A stretch of 64,000 nucleotides of DNA, taken from assembly GCA_039810425.1 (NCBI GenBank), contig JBDHWW010000013.1, positions 11,250 to 75,249 on the forward strand. The letters are read 5' to 3'. The notes under the pieces were generated by a model. That model saw only the letters and a list, made by a program, of their open reading frames with translations, searched no databases and was not told the origin of the DNA. A program made the position numbers and the translations under genes. Source of the DNA: Pseudobdellovibrionaceae bacterium. Lineage in GTDB: Bacteria > Bdellovibrionota > Bdellovibrionia > Bdellovibrionales > Bdellovibrionaceae. Shown piece by piece: positions 28,359 through 36,976 of the stretch. Each line of letters opens with the position of its first letter. Position 1 is the first letter of the stretch.

Positions 28359-30086
28359 ATGGATATCGGTGAAAAGATTTTTGGACTTGTCTCGAATTGG
28401 CGGCGGCGACGGCTTGAAGAGAACCGTTTTTTAAATCGCTATGATCTTCAAGACTGTGAAAAAGCTTTGGCCCTGGTGGTACAGCCGTTTTTCGAAGAGC
28501 CCGTGGAAATTCATCCGGCAAAACAAAGCGGGGTGTGCGGCGGCGCTTTTTATTTACCAGCAACCATTCATTTCTTCAGAGACCGGGAAAAAAACCGGGA
28601 TCTTTATCTTCACCAGATTTTGATGTTGGCCGGAGCACAGCACCTGGCTTTGGCGTGGCCGACGGCCCTGGCTGAAGAGTCGGAGCGGACCCGGTACTAC
28701 GCCGAAAAAAAAGAACGCATCACCGAGGCGGTTGCCCGGATCTATCCCTATTTTCGTGAATTTCAAACAACTCTTTTGCAGGCTTTTACGCGTGAGGTGG
28801 ATTCGCACACCAATCCCTGGTTGTTGTGGGGCGGCCTGAGTTCTGGCACGATTTCCGCTTCCGCGCGATGGGATCAAAAACGGGACGAGCGTCCGCCATC
28901 CCGGCAAAAGAACGAGCGAAACCTAGAGACCAGTTTCGAGCGCGAAGAAGTGGATTTGGATAAGGAACAACACAATCCCGTGACTCATTCCTTCGAAAAA
29001 ATGGAGACGGCAGATGAATATCAAGGCGGCTCTAGAACCACCGACGGCTCTGATCAGCTGAGCGATCACGAGGAAGCTCTTAAAGAGTTAAAGCTAAATA
29101 AAGTCACCCGTTCCGGCGAAACCGCGGCAGCTTTCTTGAGTTCCGATTATCAACATTCCAGCAACGAGAGTCTCAATGGGTTGTCGGCGGCAGAAAATTC
29201 GCCGCGGGTCCTGTTTTATCCTGAGTGGCACTATAAGAAAAAAACATTTTTGAAAAATTACTGCCGGTTGTGGCTGTCGACGGCGGAGAATGCGACAACC
29301 GGCGGGTTCCGTGAAAGGCTTTTGCAGGAACAGAAGTCTCGGATTGAGCACTATAAAAAACGTCTTCAACAAGTCTGCAATCAGCGGAAATGGAAGAGCC
29401 AGCAGCTTGAAGGATCTGAAATCGACATTGATTCTTTTGTACGGCACCTGACGGACGTGCGGAATCAAGTGCCGTCCTCAGGGCGCATGTATCTTAACCA
29501 GCTTCGTCAAGCGCGGGATTATCAGGTTTTGGTGTTAGTGGATTTGAGTCTGTCGACGGATTCCTATGTCGAGAACCGGCGGGTTCTTGATGTCGAGCTG
29601 GAGGCGGTCGGTTTGATGGGCCTTTTGGCGGAAAGCGACCGTGATAATACCATCGTGGCGGGAACTTTTTCTGAGACCCGCCATCGCTGTGTGTTTGAGT
29701 ATCTGAAGCAGGCCAACGAGGGTTGGTCGGCTTTCTACAAACGGGCACCGGCGGTGGTTCCTCGTGGATACACCCGGTTGGCGCCGGCGATTCGTCATGC
29801 GACAGAAATTCTGTCCGCCAGTTCCGCAAAAAGTAAAATTTTGATTTTACTGACCGATGGCAAACCGACGGACTATGACGGCTACGAGGGGCGCTATGGT
29901 ATTGAGGACATTCATAAAGCTTGCATGGAGGCTTCACAGCGAAGAATTCTGACGAAAGCTTTTGCGATTGAGAAAAATGCCAAACATTATTTTCCGCGGA
30001 TGTTTCCATCCTATGAAATTCTGGCCTCCGCCGAAAAACTTCCCGCGAGTCTGGTGAAGATTCTTTTTGAAGCCCGCTCAGGATAG
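28359..30086 (+). CDS. norD: NorD VWA-domain activation protein
   Basis: YPEW, DLSLST MIDAS, YTRL, LLTDGKPTD..YEGRYG. Confidence 0.9.
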   Translation: MDIGEKIFGLVSNWRRRRLEENRFLNRYDLQDCEKALALVVQPFFEEPVEIHPAKQSGVCGGAFYLPATIHFFRDREKNRDLYLHQILMLAGAQHLALAWPTALAEESERTRYYAEKKERITEAVARIYPYFREFQTTLLQAFTREVDSHTNPWLLWGGLSSGTISASARWDQKRDERPPSRQKNERNLETSFEREEVDLDKEQHNPVTHSFEKMETADEYQGGSRTTDGSDQLSDHEEALKELKLNKVTRSGETAAAFLSSDYQHSSNESLNGLSAAENSPRVLFYPEWHYKKKTFLKNYCRLWLSTAENATTGGFRERLLQEQKSRIEHYKKRLQQVCNQRKWKSQQLEGSEIDIDSFVRHLTDVRNQVPSSGRMYLNQLRQARDYQVLVLVDLSLSTDSYVENRRVLDVELEAVGLMGLLAESDRDNTIVAGTFSETRHRCVFEYLKQANEGWSAFYKRAPAVVPRGYTRLAPAIRHATEILSASSAKSKILILLTDGKPTDYDGYEGRYGIEDIHKACMEASQRRILTKAFAIEKNAKHYFPRMFPSYEILASAEKLPASLVKILFEARSG

Positions 30087-30099
30087 AGAGTCCGTGGTT

Positions 30100-31872
30100 T
30101 CACGGACCCGGGGCCAAAATCTTGCGGAGCGAATCAATAAAGAGGCTTTGATAGTCCACATCCATCTCTTTGGATTTAAAAAACGGATTCATGATACAAA
30201 GACGAATTAAAACAATTTCGTCACAGTCAATGACACCGTCCCAGGAACCGACGATATTTTCAATGTAGGCCTTGTAGTTGTCCCTATGAAGATGGGTTTT
30301 GGAAACAAAAAAGACTTCTTCTTTAGGCTCATGAAAGGCTTTGAAAATCTGCAGCGTTCGTGCGTTCGTTTCACTTAAGGATTCGCCGGGGCGCGCGATA
30401 CAGAAACCTATGAGATTGCTGTCCGGTGCTGGAACCAGACGGAGATTTACGACTGTCTCGCGGAGTTTTTGTTCGAACTCCGTTTTCAGCTGAATGGTAC
30501 GGGCGATAATTTTTCCGTATCCTTCCTGGGAAAGCCCGATGCATTTTGCAGTCATCCACGTCGCGACGGCGCCGGCTGCCGACCGCGAACCTTCCAGCGT
30601 AAAAGGGCCTTTATCAGGGAGTTCTTTTTGAATTCTAAAATTCACATAGGGACCGCCGAAATGATTTTGAAAATAGTCCCGTGGATTGGCGGCGAGGAAG
30701 GTTCCGGAAGAATAGGGGACATAGCCTAATTTGTGGGGATCAATCGTCAAGGAAGTCACCCGGGAAACGCTGGCCAAGGCGAGCAGGCTTTCCGGTGAGA
30801 GAACCTGATTCACGCTTTGGTCAGGCCCGGGCAGAGAGCACAGGAAACCGCCATAGGCGGCATCAATATGATGCCAGAAATGCCAGTTTCTTGTTTCGCG
30901 ATAATGATCCAAAAGGTCTTGAACTTTGTGAATCGGATCGATCATGCCGAGTTCGGTGGTGCCTAAAACGGACACGATCATCAGGATCGGACGGTCCTCA
31001 GTTTCGGCGCGAAGGATTTGCCGCTCCAGGTCCGCGACATCCATGCGGCCTTGACCATCGAGGCGAACCGCCCAAAAGGATTCGGCACCTAAACCAAAGA
31101 CATTCGCCGCCTTTACCCAGGAATAGTGTTTATGTTCAGGTACCAGCAGCACGGGCCCCAAAAAAGGCCGACGGGTCCGCTCCGCAATCCGTTGCGCGGC
31201 TTGGAAGGGATTTCCCTGAAGTGGATGAAACTCCGAGGCCGCTTTTCGCAGGGATTCCGAATGAGACTCGTAGTGATCCCAGCCGCTCACGGCACCGTTA
31301 AAAAGAGAGTTCTCTCCGGCGGCGAGGGCCGTTGACAGCCACGAAAAGCTTCTTGCACGAGCGCGGTACAAAGCTTCAAAGTTGGCGATGGTGCCTCCTG
31401 AAGTGAAGTGGCCCACACCCTTTTGGGTGAAACCGCACATCTTCATCAATGCTTGAACGGCCTCTTCTTCGATGAAGGTGCCGACCTTGGAGGATTCTCC
31501 AGAGATATTATTCGGATTGTGTAAAAGAGTCAGAATATGACCAAACAGCGCGGGCAGGGAAATTTCTGAAAACATATGCCCGATATATCGCGGTGAAAAT
31601 TTAGGAATCTCTTTTTCGAAAAGGGCGGTCAGGTATTTCAAAACGTCTTCAGTATTCTTGCGGCGTTCACAGTACTCTGCGCCTAACATGTCTTCACGGG
31701 AAATAGCGCTGCCGTCTTGGGGAAAGGATTGGCGGCGCCAGTTGAACCAGGATTCCAGTAAGATTGCGACTTGCTCGGCAACCCAGTCACGGTTTTCAGC
31801 TTGGGGCCCTAGAAAAAGACCCTTCAGAGCGATTTCAGCGGCACGACAGTCATTGGCGGGAGTATGTTGCAT
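30100..31872 (-). CDS. Group II PLP-dependent decarboxylase (tyrosine decarboxylase-like)
   Basis: PRYIGHM, GGTIANFEAL, HIDAAYGG, TIDPHKLGY, LEGSR. Confidence 0.85.
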   Translation of the reverse strand: MQHTPANDCRAAEIALKGLFLGPQAENRDWVAEQVAILLESWFNWRRQSFPQDGSAISREDMLGAEYCERRKNTEDVLKYLTALFEKEIPKFSPRYIGHMFSEISLPALFGHILTLLHNPNNISGESSKVGTFIEEEAVQALMKMCGFTQKGVGHFTSGGTIANFEALYRARARSFSWLSTALAAGENSLFNGAVSGWDHYESHSESLRKAASEFHPLQGNPFQAAQRIAERTRRPFLGPVLLVPEHKHYSWVKAANVFGLGAESFWAVRLDGQGRMDVADLERQILRAETEDRPILMIVSVLGTTELGMIDPIHKVQDLLDHYRETRNWHFWHHIDAAYGGFLCSLPGPDQSVNQVLSPESLLALASVSRVTSLTIDPHKLGYVPYSSGTFLAANPRDYFQNHFGGPYVNFRIQKELPDKGPFTLEGSRSAAGAVATWMTAKCIGLSQEGYGKIIARTIQLKTEFEQKLRETVVNLRLVPAPDSNLIGFCIARPGESLSETNARTLQIFKAFHEPKEEVFFVSKTHLHRDNYKAYIENIVGSWDGVIDCDEIVLIRLCIMNPFFKSKEMDVDYQSLFIDSLRKILAPGP

Positions 31873-31924
31873 GTCTTTAAATTAACCCGGATTCAATCTC
31901 AGAATATCGCGAAAGGTGTGGATC

Positions 31925-31938
31925 ATGATATAAATCAG
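31925..31938. promoter_or_regulatory. Degenerate FNR/DNR-type box upstream of the decarboxylase
   Basis: ATGATATAAATCAG (8/10 match), about 55 bp upstream of the start. Confidence 0.45.
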
Positions 31939-31955
31939 CAAATTGTTGAGCCCCC

Positions 31956-32708
31956 TTATCGTGAGCTGCGAGGGGGAGCTGAATGGGTGGACGTCGTTCG
32001 AGACGGACGACGGGAGCTCTTTTTTTCATTTTTGATTTCCTCTAATTTGGCGCGGTTTAAAATTTCAATATGTTTGCCTTCGGTGCAGAGCCAGCCATTC
32101 TTGGTCCATTCACTGATGAAGCGAATGACGGTTTCAGCCTGGGAACCGATTTTTCTGGCAATATCATAGCGGGTGGTTGGGATCATCAGCCGGGTCCCAT
32201 GTTCCTTGGGCTGTCGATCCAGAGTTCTTAGCAGAAAGTCCGCAAGCTTTTGGGGCGTCCGAGCTTTGGCCATGCAGCGGTCATTTTGAAATTCGAAAAA
32301 TCTTTCGGAAATTTGCAGGTGGATGATTTGACGAAGTGTTGCGTGCTGCATGAATCTTTCAATAAAGAATTGAAGCGGCAGTTTCAACACCGCGCTTTCT
32401 TCGTTCGCGATGGCGGAGGCCGGATAGTTCGCATTTTTAACACTGGCCATCGCGATCCCCAAGAAATCACCCTGACTGAGAAACGAAAATACGACGGCCT
32501 CTTGGTTCGGCGGCGTCTGCTGAATCTTGAACGAGCCGTATAAAACCAAGTAAACCGATTCGATCTTAGATCCCTCTGTAAAAAGAGGCTGATGATGGCC
32601 GACATGGACGATTTGGCTCTGGGAAGCGATGGCTTTCAACTCCAGTTCGGGAATCGTTTTAAAAAAGCTAAAGCTTAGAAGCTTTCGATAAATTGCTGGG
32701 TCTGTCAT
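31956..32708 (-). CDS. Crp/Fnr family transcriptional regulator (DNR/NnrR-like, no N-terminal Cys cluster)
   Basis: cNMP-fold N-terminus (YPASA); HTH 'TRYDIARKIGSQAETVIR'. Confidence 0.88.
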   Translation of the reverse strand: MTDPAIYRKLLSFSFFKTIPELELKAIASQSQIVHVGHHQPLFTEGSKIESVYLVLYGSFKIQQTPPNQEAVVFSFLSQGDFLGIAMASVKNANYPASAIANEESAVLKLPLQFFIERFMQHATLRQIIHLQISERFFEFQNDRCMAKARTPQKLADFLLRTLDRQPKEHGTRLMIPTTRYDIARKIGSQAETVIRFISEWTKNGWLCTEGKHIEILNRAKLEEIKNEKKSSRRPSRTTSTHSAPPRSSR

Positions 32709-32752
32709 AAAGTCCTCTCAGTGAGATTCTGCCTGGATTGGCGGGAGACTCC

Positions 32753-32766
32753 ATGATCCGAATCAA
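32753..32766. promoter_or_regulatory. FNR/DNR-type box upstream of the Crp/Fnr gene (possible autoregulation)
   Basis: ATGATCCGAATCAA (9/10); minus-strand CAGAAT -10 at 32731-32726. Confidence 0.65.
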
Positions 32767-32781
32767 CTTTTGCGTGTTTTT

Positions 32782-32814
32782 TGTGACCCGTGGAAGTGGT
32801 TTCCACGGGTCACA
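32782..32814. repeat. Perfect 14-bp inverted repeat downstream of nrdD
   Basis: TGTGACCCGTGGAA-GTGGT-TTCCACGGGTCACA. Confidence 0.8.
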
Positions 32815-32838
32815 TGGCAGGAGTTTGGCTCCTCAACC

Positions 32839-34677
32839 TCAAAGGGTTGTTGTTTGATGCATCGACTCCAGGGCCGCCCGAATCGGACGGGGCGGGTGAG
32901 AAGCCGGATGGTAGAAACGCTTGGCGGCCTCTTTACGGCGATCGTTGCTGAAGTTCGAAATACGCTTTAAATATCCGATCACCCGTGTGGCATGGTCGAT
33001 ATTTTCGCTGCCGCACTTGCTACAGTGATAGAGCGTGCGTTTGTCGATATGCTCGCATTCATTACAAATCGTGATTTTGATATTGACGCACCAATAGTTA
33101 CATCCGGAAAGAGCCGCTGCTTTGAGCAGTTTGTAAAATCCTTCGGAAGTCAGCTTTTCCTCAAGATTGAGATGGAGAGCCGATCCACCGTCGAGATATT
33201 GCATCATTTCCTGGCCATGCAGCTCCATCTTGTCTAGAGCGTTGCAGGACTCATCCTCGACCACATAAAAATACGAGTTGTAACAGTCCCGTGGCACCTT
33301 TAAGCCATCCTTGCGATCCCAGTTGGCATTCTTCACACCTAGGTTTTCAGCAGGGACAAATTCCGTATTGAACATGTAGTGGTATTGACTGCGAGCTTGC
33401 TTATTGGCGTCGTAGATGATTTTAAGTTTTTCGCGAACGAAGTCTTTGTAAGGCTTGTCATTGCGTACCGCAATTCCGCAAGCCTCCGCGGCCTCCGCCA
33501 TACCATTGATACCAATTGTTAAGAACTGTTTGTCCAATGAAATAAAGCCTGCCGAATAGGCGGTCAGAAGGCCGGACTCATAGTACTCTTCCATGAGGCG
33601 ACGGTAGGCCACCTGGTATTTCTGCACTTTCTCGACAGTCGCCAGCAGATCGATTTTTTTCTGAACCAGGCGATTCATATTGATTGTGATGACATTGATG
33701 GAACCCGTTGCGACGCCTCCCGCGCCGAGCGAGTAGCTAAAGGTGTTGTCAGAAATTTCATTTCTGAGGCGGCAGCAACTGGCCAGGCTGTCCGCTGAAG
33801 GACTCATGTACATAAAGAAACTGTTGCCCTCGCTGAGTTCTTTGGCGCACATTCTCGCGAAACTCTCATCCTTGGGTCCGTCATCGGCGGTCAGCATCGC
33901 CGCCGTAACGACCGGGAATGTTAACACGGCTTTTTTTCTTTCTTCATTGAACCAGTGCATGAAATGATTTTGCAGTTTCTGAACACTTTCCCATTGAGGT
34001 TTTTGTCCGTTCGGAAAAACAAAATCGCCGAACAAAGAGCCAAAGTAATATTGGTCGTAGACAGAAATATTCCAGAAGACGGATTGGTAACCGCGGGCCG
34101 CCGCCGGCTGATTCAGGGCATAGACGACGTGTTGTAAGTGATTATTAATTTGTTTCTGATGTGTGTTCAGGTAGTCCGGGCCATAATCTTGGCGGGCAAA
34201 GTGATCGAAATACATGAGCCATTCGACGGTTGCCACGGCTCCGGCAAACTGTGAGGAAATTGCAAAGACCAAATTGACAAAACAGCCACAGAAGCTTTCA
34301 AGGTGCTTAGGCACTGCCGACTCACCGCCGAGGTCTTTCAATCCCTGCAGTAGAAGAGGATACATTGAGATCGAAGCGCAGTACGGTTTCAGGGATGTTT
34401 CGTCATGAACATAGATTTCATGCTCTTCGATTTGGCGCTGGTATTCCCTACCCAAGTCGGGGCCGAAAAGGTCGCTGATCTTGGCTGCGACCAGGGCCCG
34501 GTTCACCTGAATATTGATGTCCTTATTGATTTCGGCCTCCAGGGTCGCAATATTTTTATGAGTCACATTGGCATTGGCATCCAGCTTAGACCCATCGGCG
34601 GCATTCTTTGCGTGTTGATAGTTTTTTATAAAATCCATTTTTTGCCGAATTTGATCGGCGCTCAGTCGAACCATCAT
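32839..34677 (-). CDS. nrdD: Anaerobic (class III) ribonucleoside-triphosphate reductase
   Basis: IYVHD, SCCRLR, CNEC/CSKC zinc ribbon, TRVIGYL glycyl-radical loop; no ATP cone evident. Confidence 0.95.
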   Translation of the reverse strand: MMVRLSADQIRQKMDFIKNYQHAKNAADGSKLDANANVTHKNIATLEAEINKDINIQVNRALVAAKISDLFGPDLGREYQRQIEEHEIYVHDETSLKPYCASISMYPLLLQGLKDLGGESAVPKHLESFCGCFVNLVFAISSQFAGAVATVEWLMYFDHFARQDYGPDYLNTHQKQINNHLQHVVYALNQPAAARGYQSVFWNISVYDQYYFGSLFGDFVFPNGQKPQWESVQKLQNHFMHWFNEERKKAVLTFPVVTAAMLTADDGPKDESFARMCAKELSEGNSFFMYMSPSADSLASCCRLRNEISDNTFSYSLGAGGVATGSINVITINMNRLVQKKIDLLATVEKVQKYQVAYRRLMEEYYESGLLTAYSAGFISLDKQFLTIGINGMAEAAEACGIAVRNDKPYKDFVREKLKIIYDANKQARSQYHYMFNTEFVPAENLGVKNANWDRKDGLKVPRDCYNSYFYVVEDESCNALDKMELHGQEMMQYLDGGSALHLNLEEKLTSEGFYKLLKAAALSGCNYWCVNIKITICNECEHIDKRTLYHCSKCGSENIDHATRVIGYLKRISNFSNDRRKEAAKRFYHPASHPPRPIRAALESMHQTTTL

Positions 34678-35144
34678 AGGGTCTCCTTTGGTATTTCTGG
34701 TTGTTGAAATAAATGATTGAGTTTGAGGTTGTTTTTAATGTCCCAAAAAACCTGATTGGTCGTAGGGGCCGCCAAGCCGCCCAAGTGCTCCCGCCACGGA
34801 CCACATTTTAAAAAGTCCAAGGGCTGTTTGAGAGAGTCGGGGATGTCGTCAAGACCGGTATAGAGCGCGGTCTTGAATCCCCGGTCTTGTGCCAGCCTAA
34901 GAAAATGAGTCAGGTCTTGCGGTCGCCACTCGCCACCGAGAAAAAGGACGCAGGTGATCTTGGAACCGTATTTTTCTAAAAGAGAAAGAAAAAGTTCTTC
35001 AGTTAAGGGAAAGCCATTTTTTTCAGACCACAGCTCCGGGGAATGACATCCAGGGCAACGCAGGGAACAGCCACAGACGTAAAACCCCAGACTGATGTGA
35101 TTTGGAACCTCCTGGAATAAAATATCGAACTTATAGATTTTCAC
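34674..35144 (-). CDS. nrdG: Anaerobic RNR activating radical-SAM protein
   Basis: QEVP, GCSLRCPGCHSPELW, FLGGEW, TTNQ; GTG start after AAAGGA. Confidence 0.9.
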   Translation of the reverse strand: MKIYKFDILFQEVPNHISLGFYVCGCSLRCPGCHSPELWSEKNGFPLTEELFLSLLEKYGSKITCVLFLGGEWRPQDLTHFLRLAQDRGFKTALYTGLDDIPDSLKQPLDFLKCGPWREHLGGLAAPTTNQVFWDIKNNLKLNHLFQQPEIPKETL

Positions 35145-35194
35145 GGTGATCGAGTCCTTTCGATAACCAAACGATAACCGTGATATTCGGAAAG

Positions 35195-35243
35195 GCACTA
35201 GGGATTGGGGGATTTCATGATCTAGCTCACTAGATACGGATTT
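35195..35243. promoter_or_regulatory. Putative tandem NrdR boxes
   Basis: CACTAGGGATTGGG (35196) and CACTAGATACGGAT (35228), 32 bp apart, upstream of nrdGD. Confidence 0.4.
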
Positions 35244-35280
35244 AGTGGTCTAGTTTTTTTTATCATGATACGAGGTGGCT

Positions 35281-35316
35281 AAAACCCACGCCTTGGCAGC
35301 GTGGGTTTTGTTTTTT
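35281..35316. terminator. Rho-independent terminator, possibly bidirectional
   Basis: AAAACCCACGC-CTTGGCA-GCGTGGGTTTT followed by a T-run; just past the C1 peptidase stop. Confidence 0.7.
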
Positions 35317-35330
35317 AGCGGTAAACAGTC

Positions 35331-36854
35331 CTAGTTCTGAACAGTGACTGTGAAGTGTTGGCTTTCGGTTTTAAGGTCCATGGTGTTGGACTGCAAGCGG
35401 CCCACCATCCAGATTTCGTAGGAGCCGTTTGGTACTAGATTTGTTCTCCAGCCGGTGACCATGTTGTTCAAAACAACGTTGCTCACGCGGGTTGTTTCTT
35501 TGCCGGAAGCATCTTTAAAGTGGAACTCCAAAGAGCTCATTGGGACGCCACTGGATTGTGCCGTGATTGCGAACTCGATGCGATCACTTACGGGACGGCG
35601 CAGGTCTGTTTTACCGGTAAATGACAAGCTCAATGTCGGAGCTTTGTTCACCACGTAGAAGAATTGACGAGTGGATGTACCCAAGGTGTCGCCGTGGGCG
35701 TTGGTCGCCATCGCCTGGATTTCGTAGCGGCCGTCGGCCAATTTCATGCTGTCAAAGTTTGCCGTGCAATTCGCGCCCGCACAGGACGAAGCCCATACAG
35801 CAGCTTTGTTAGTCGGTCCAAAGACGGAGAAGTTTACGGCGTCTGTGGATTGGATCGTGGATTCCGCCTGGAAGTTCGTAACGCCGGTGACGTAAGTGTA
35901 ATCGCGCGGGCTTAGCATGGAAACCGCGCCGCCCATTGCCGGAACGTCGAAACCCCAAGTCGAACTGCCTACGCCCGAGGAATCCGAGTAAGCAACGTGA
36001 CCAAAACCACCTTCACCCCAGTCTTCGCCCCAGCTGTTGCGGATGATAAAGGACTGGGTTGCATCGTCGTAGCCAATGATTGAGATCGCATGACCGCCCA
36101 GGTATTCTCCGGCTGTATGTTTGTAAACTCCACCAGCGTAAGACATGAAGTCGGCATATACTGACAAAGATGTCATCACAGGACCGTGCTGAAGAGCTCT
36201 TTTCACGGAGTCTACGTTTTTCGCGTAGCTTGTGGGAGTCGTGTAGTTAGAGATCTTAAATGTTCTTTGTGCGACGTCCGCGCAAGCAGAGTTGCATGCG
36301 ACGTCTTCACCTGTTGCACCGGAAAGATAAGGCATGCACGCTTCATCCGTTACTCCAGTTCTCATTAATTGACGGGCGGCCGATTCTGGCATCCAACCAT
36401 AGTTACACGCTCCGCCGCCGCATGAAAACAAGTGGGATGGCGACAAGCGGATATTCATGCTCGGTAGAAGTGATGAAATATTCAATTGGGTTTCAAGGAC
36501 CCCGATAGCGGCAAAAGCGACGCAGCTCCCACAGTTTCCTTGATTCAAGATGGGTGAGACCCAGTTGCGACCTTCTTTATTTCTCCAGTCCAAAGAAGCA
36601 GGCAAGACGTCCTGCATGTTCGTTTGTTGAGGCACAACGAACTCGACGTCCACCGCCGGGGCTTGTTGTAAACCCATCATTCTTTTTATTTCGGCCTTCG
36701 GCAATTGAGTGAGCCAATTGTCCTTTGCCACCCAAGTTGCATTTTGCTTCTTCAAAGTTTGATTCAGATTTGTCACGTTGATGACAGACTCCGCCCAGCT
36801 TGTGGACGCGGCCAGAATTATCCACAGCAGTGGATTTAACATAGTAGTTTTCAT
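35331..36854 (-). CDS. Secreted papain-family (C1A) cysteine peptidase with C-terminal beta-rich domains
   Basis: Signal peptide, LPASLDWR, QGNCGSCVAF, GGHAISIIGY, IRNSWG. Confidence 0.9.
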   Translation of the reverse strand: MKTTMLNPLLWIILAASTSWAESVINVTNLNQTLKKQNATWVAKDNWLTQLPKAEIKRMMGLQQAPAVDVEFVVPQQTNMQDVLPASLDWRNKEGRNWVSPILNQGNCGSCVAFAAIGVLETQLNISSLLPSMNIRLSPSHLFSCGGGACNYGWMPESAARQLMRTGVTDEACMPYLSGATGEDVACNSACADVAQRTFKISNYTTPTSYAKNVDSVKRALQHGPVMTSLSVYADFMSYAGGVYKHTAGEYLGGHAISIIGYDDATQSFIIRNSWGEDWGEGGFGHVAYSDSSGVGSSTWGFDVPAMGGAVSMLSPRDYTYVTGVTNFQAESTIQSTDAVNFSVFGPTNKAAVWASSCAGANCTANFDSMKLADGRYEIQAMATNAHGDTLGTSTRQFFYVVNKAPTLSLSFTGKTDLRRPVSDRIEFAITAQSSGVPMSSLEFHFKDASGKETTRVSNVVLNNMVTGWRTNLVPNGSYEIWMVGRLQSNTMDLKTESQHFTVTVQN

Positions 36855-36976
36855 GATGATTCCCCTTCCGAAGTTGATCATCCTGCTGCGGATAGGGAGA
36901 GCCAAGCGGTGATCCTGGTTCCAAATTAGAACTGGACCAAGGTCTTGCGTTTGTGGAAAAATGGCCCCATGATAAA

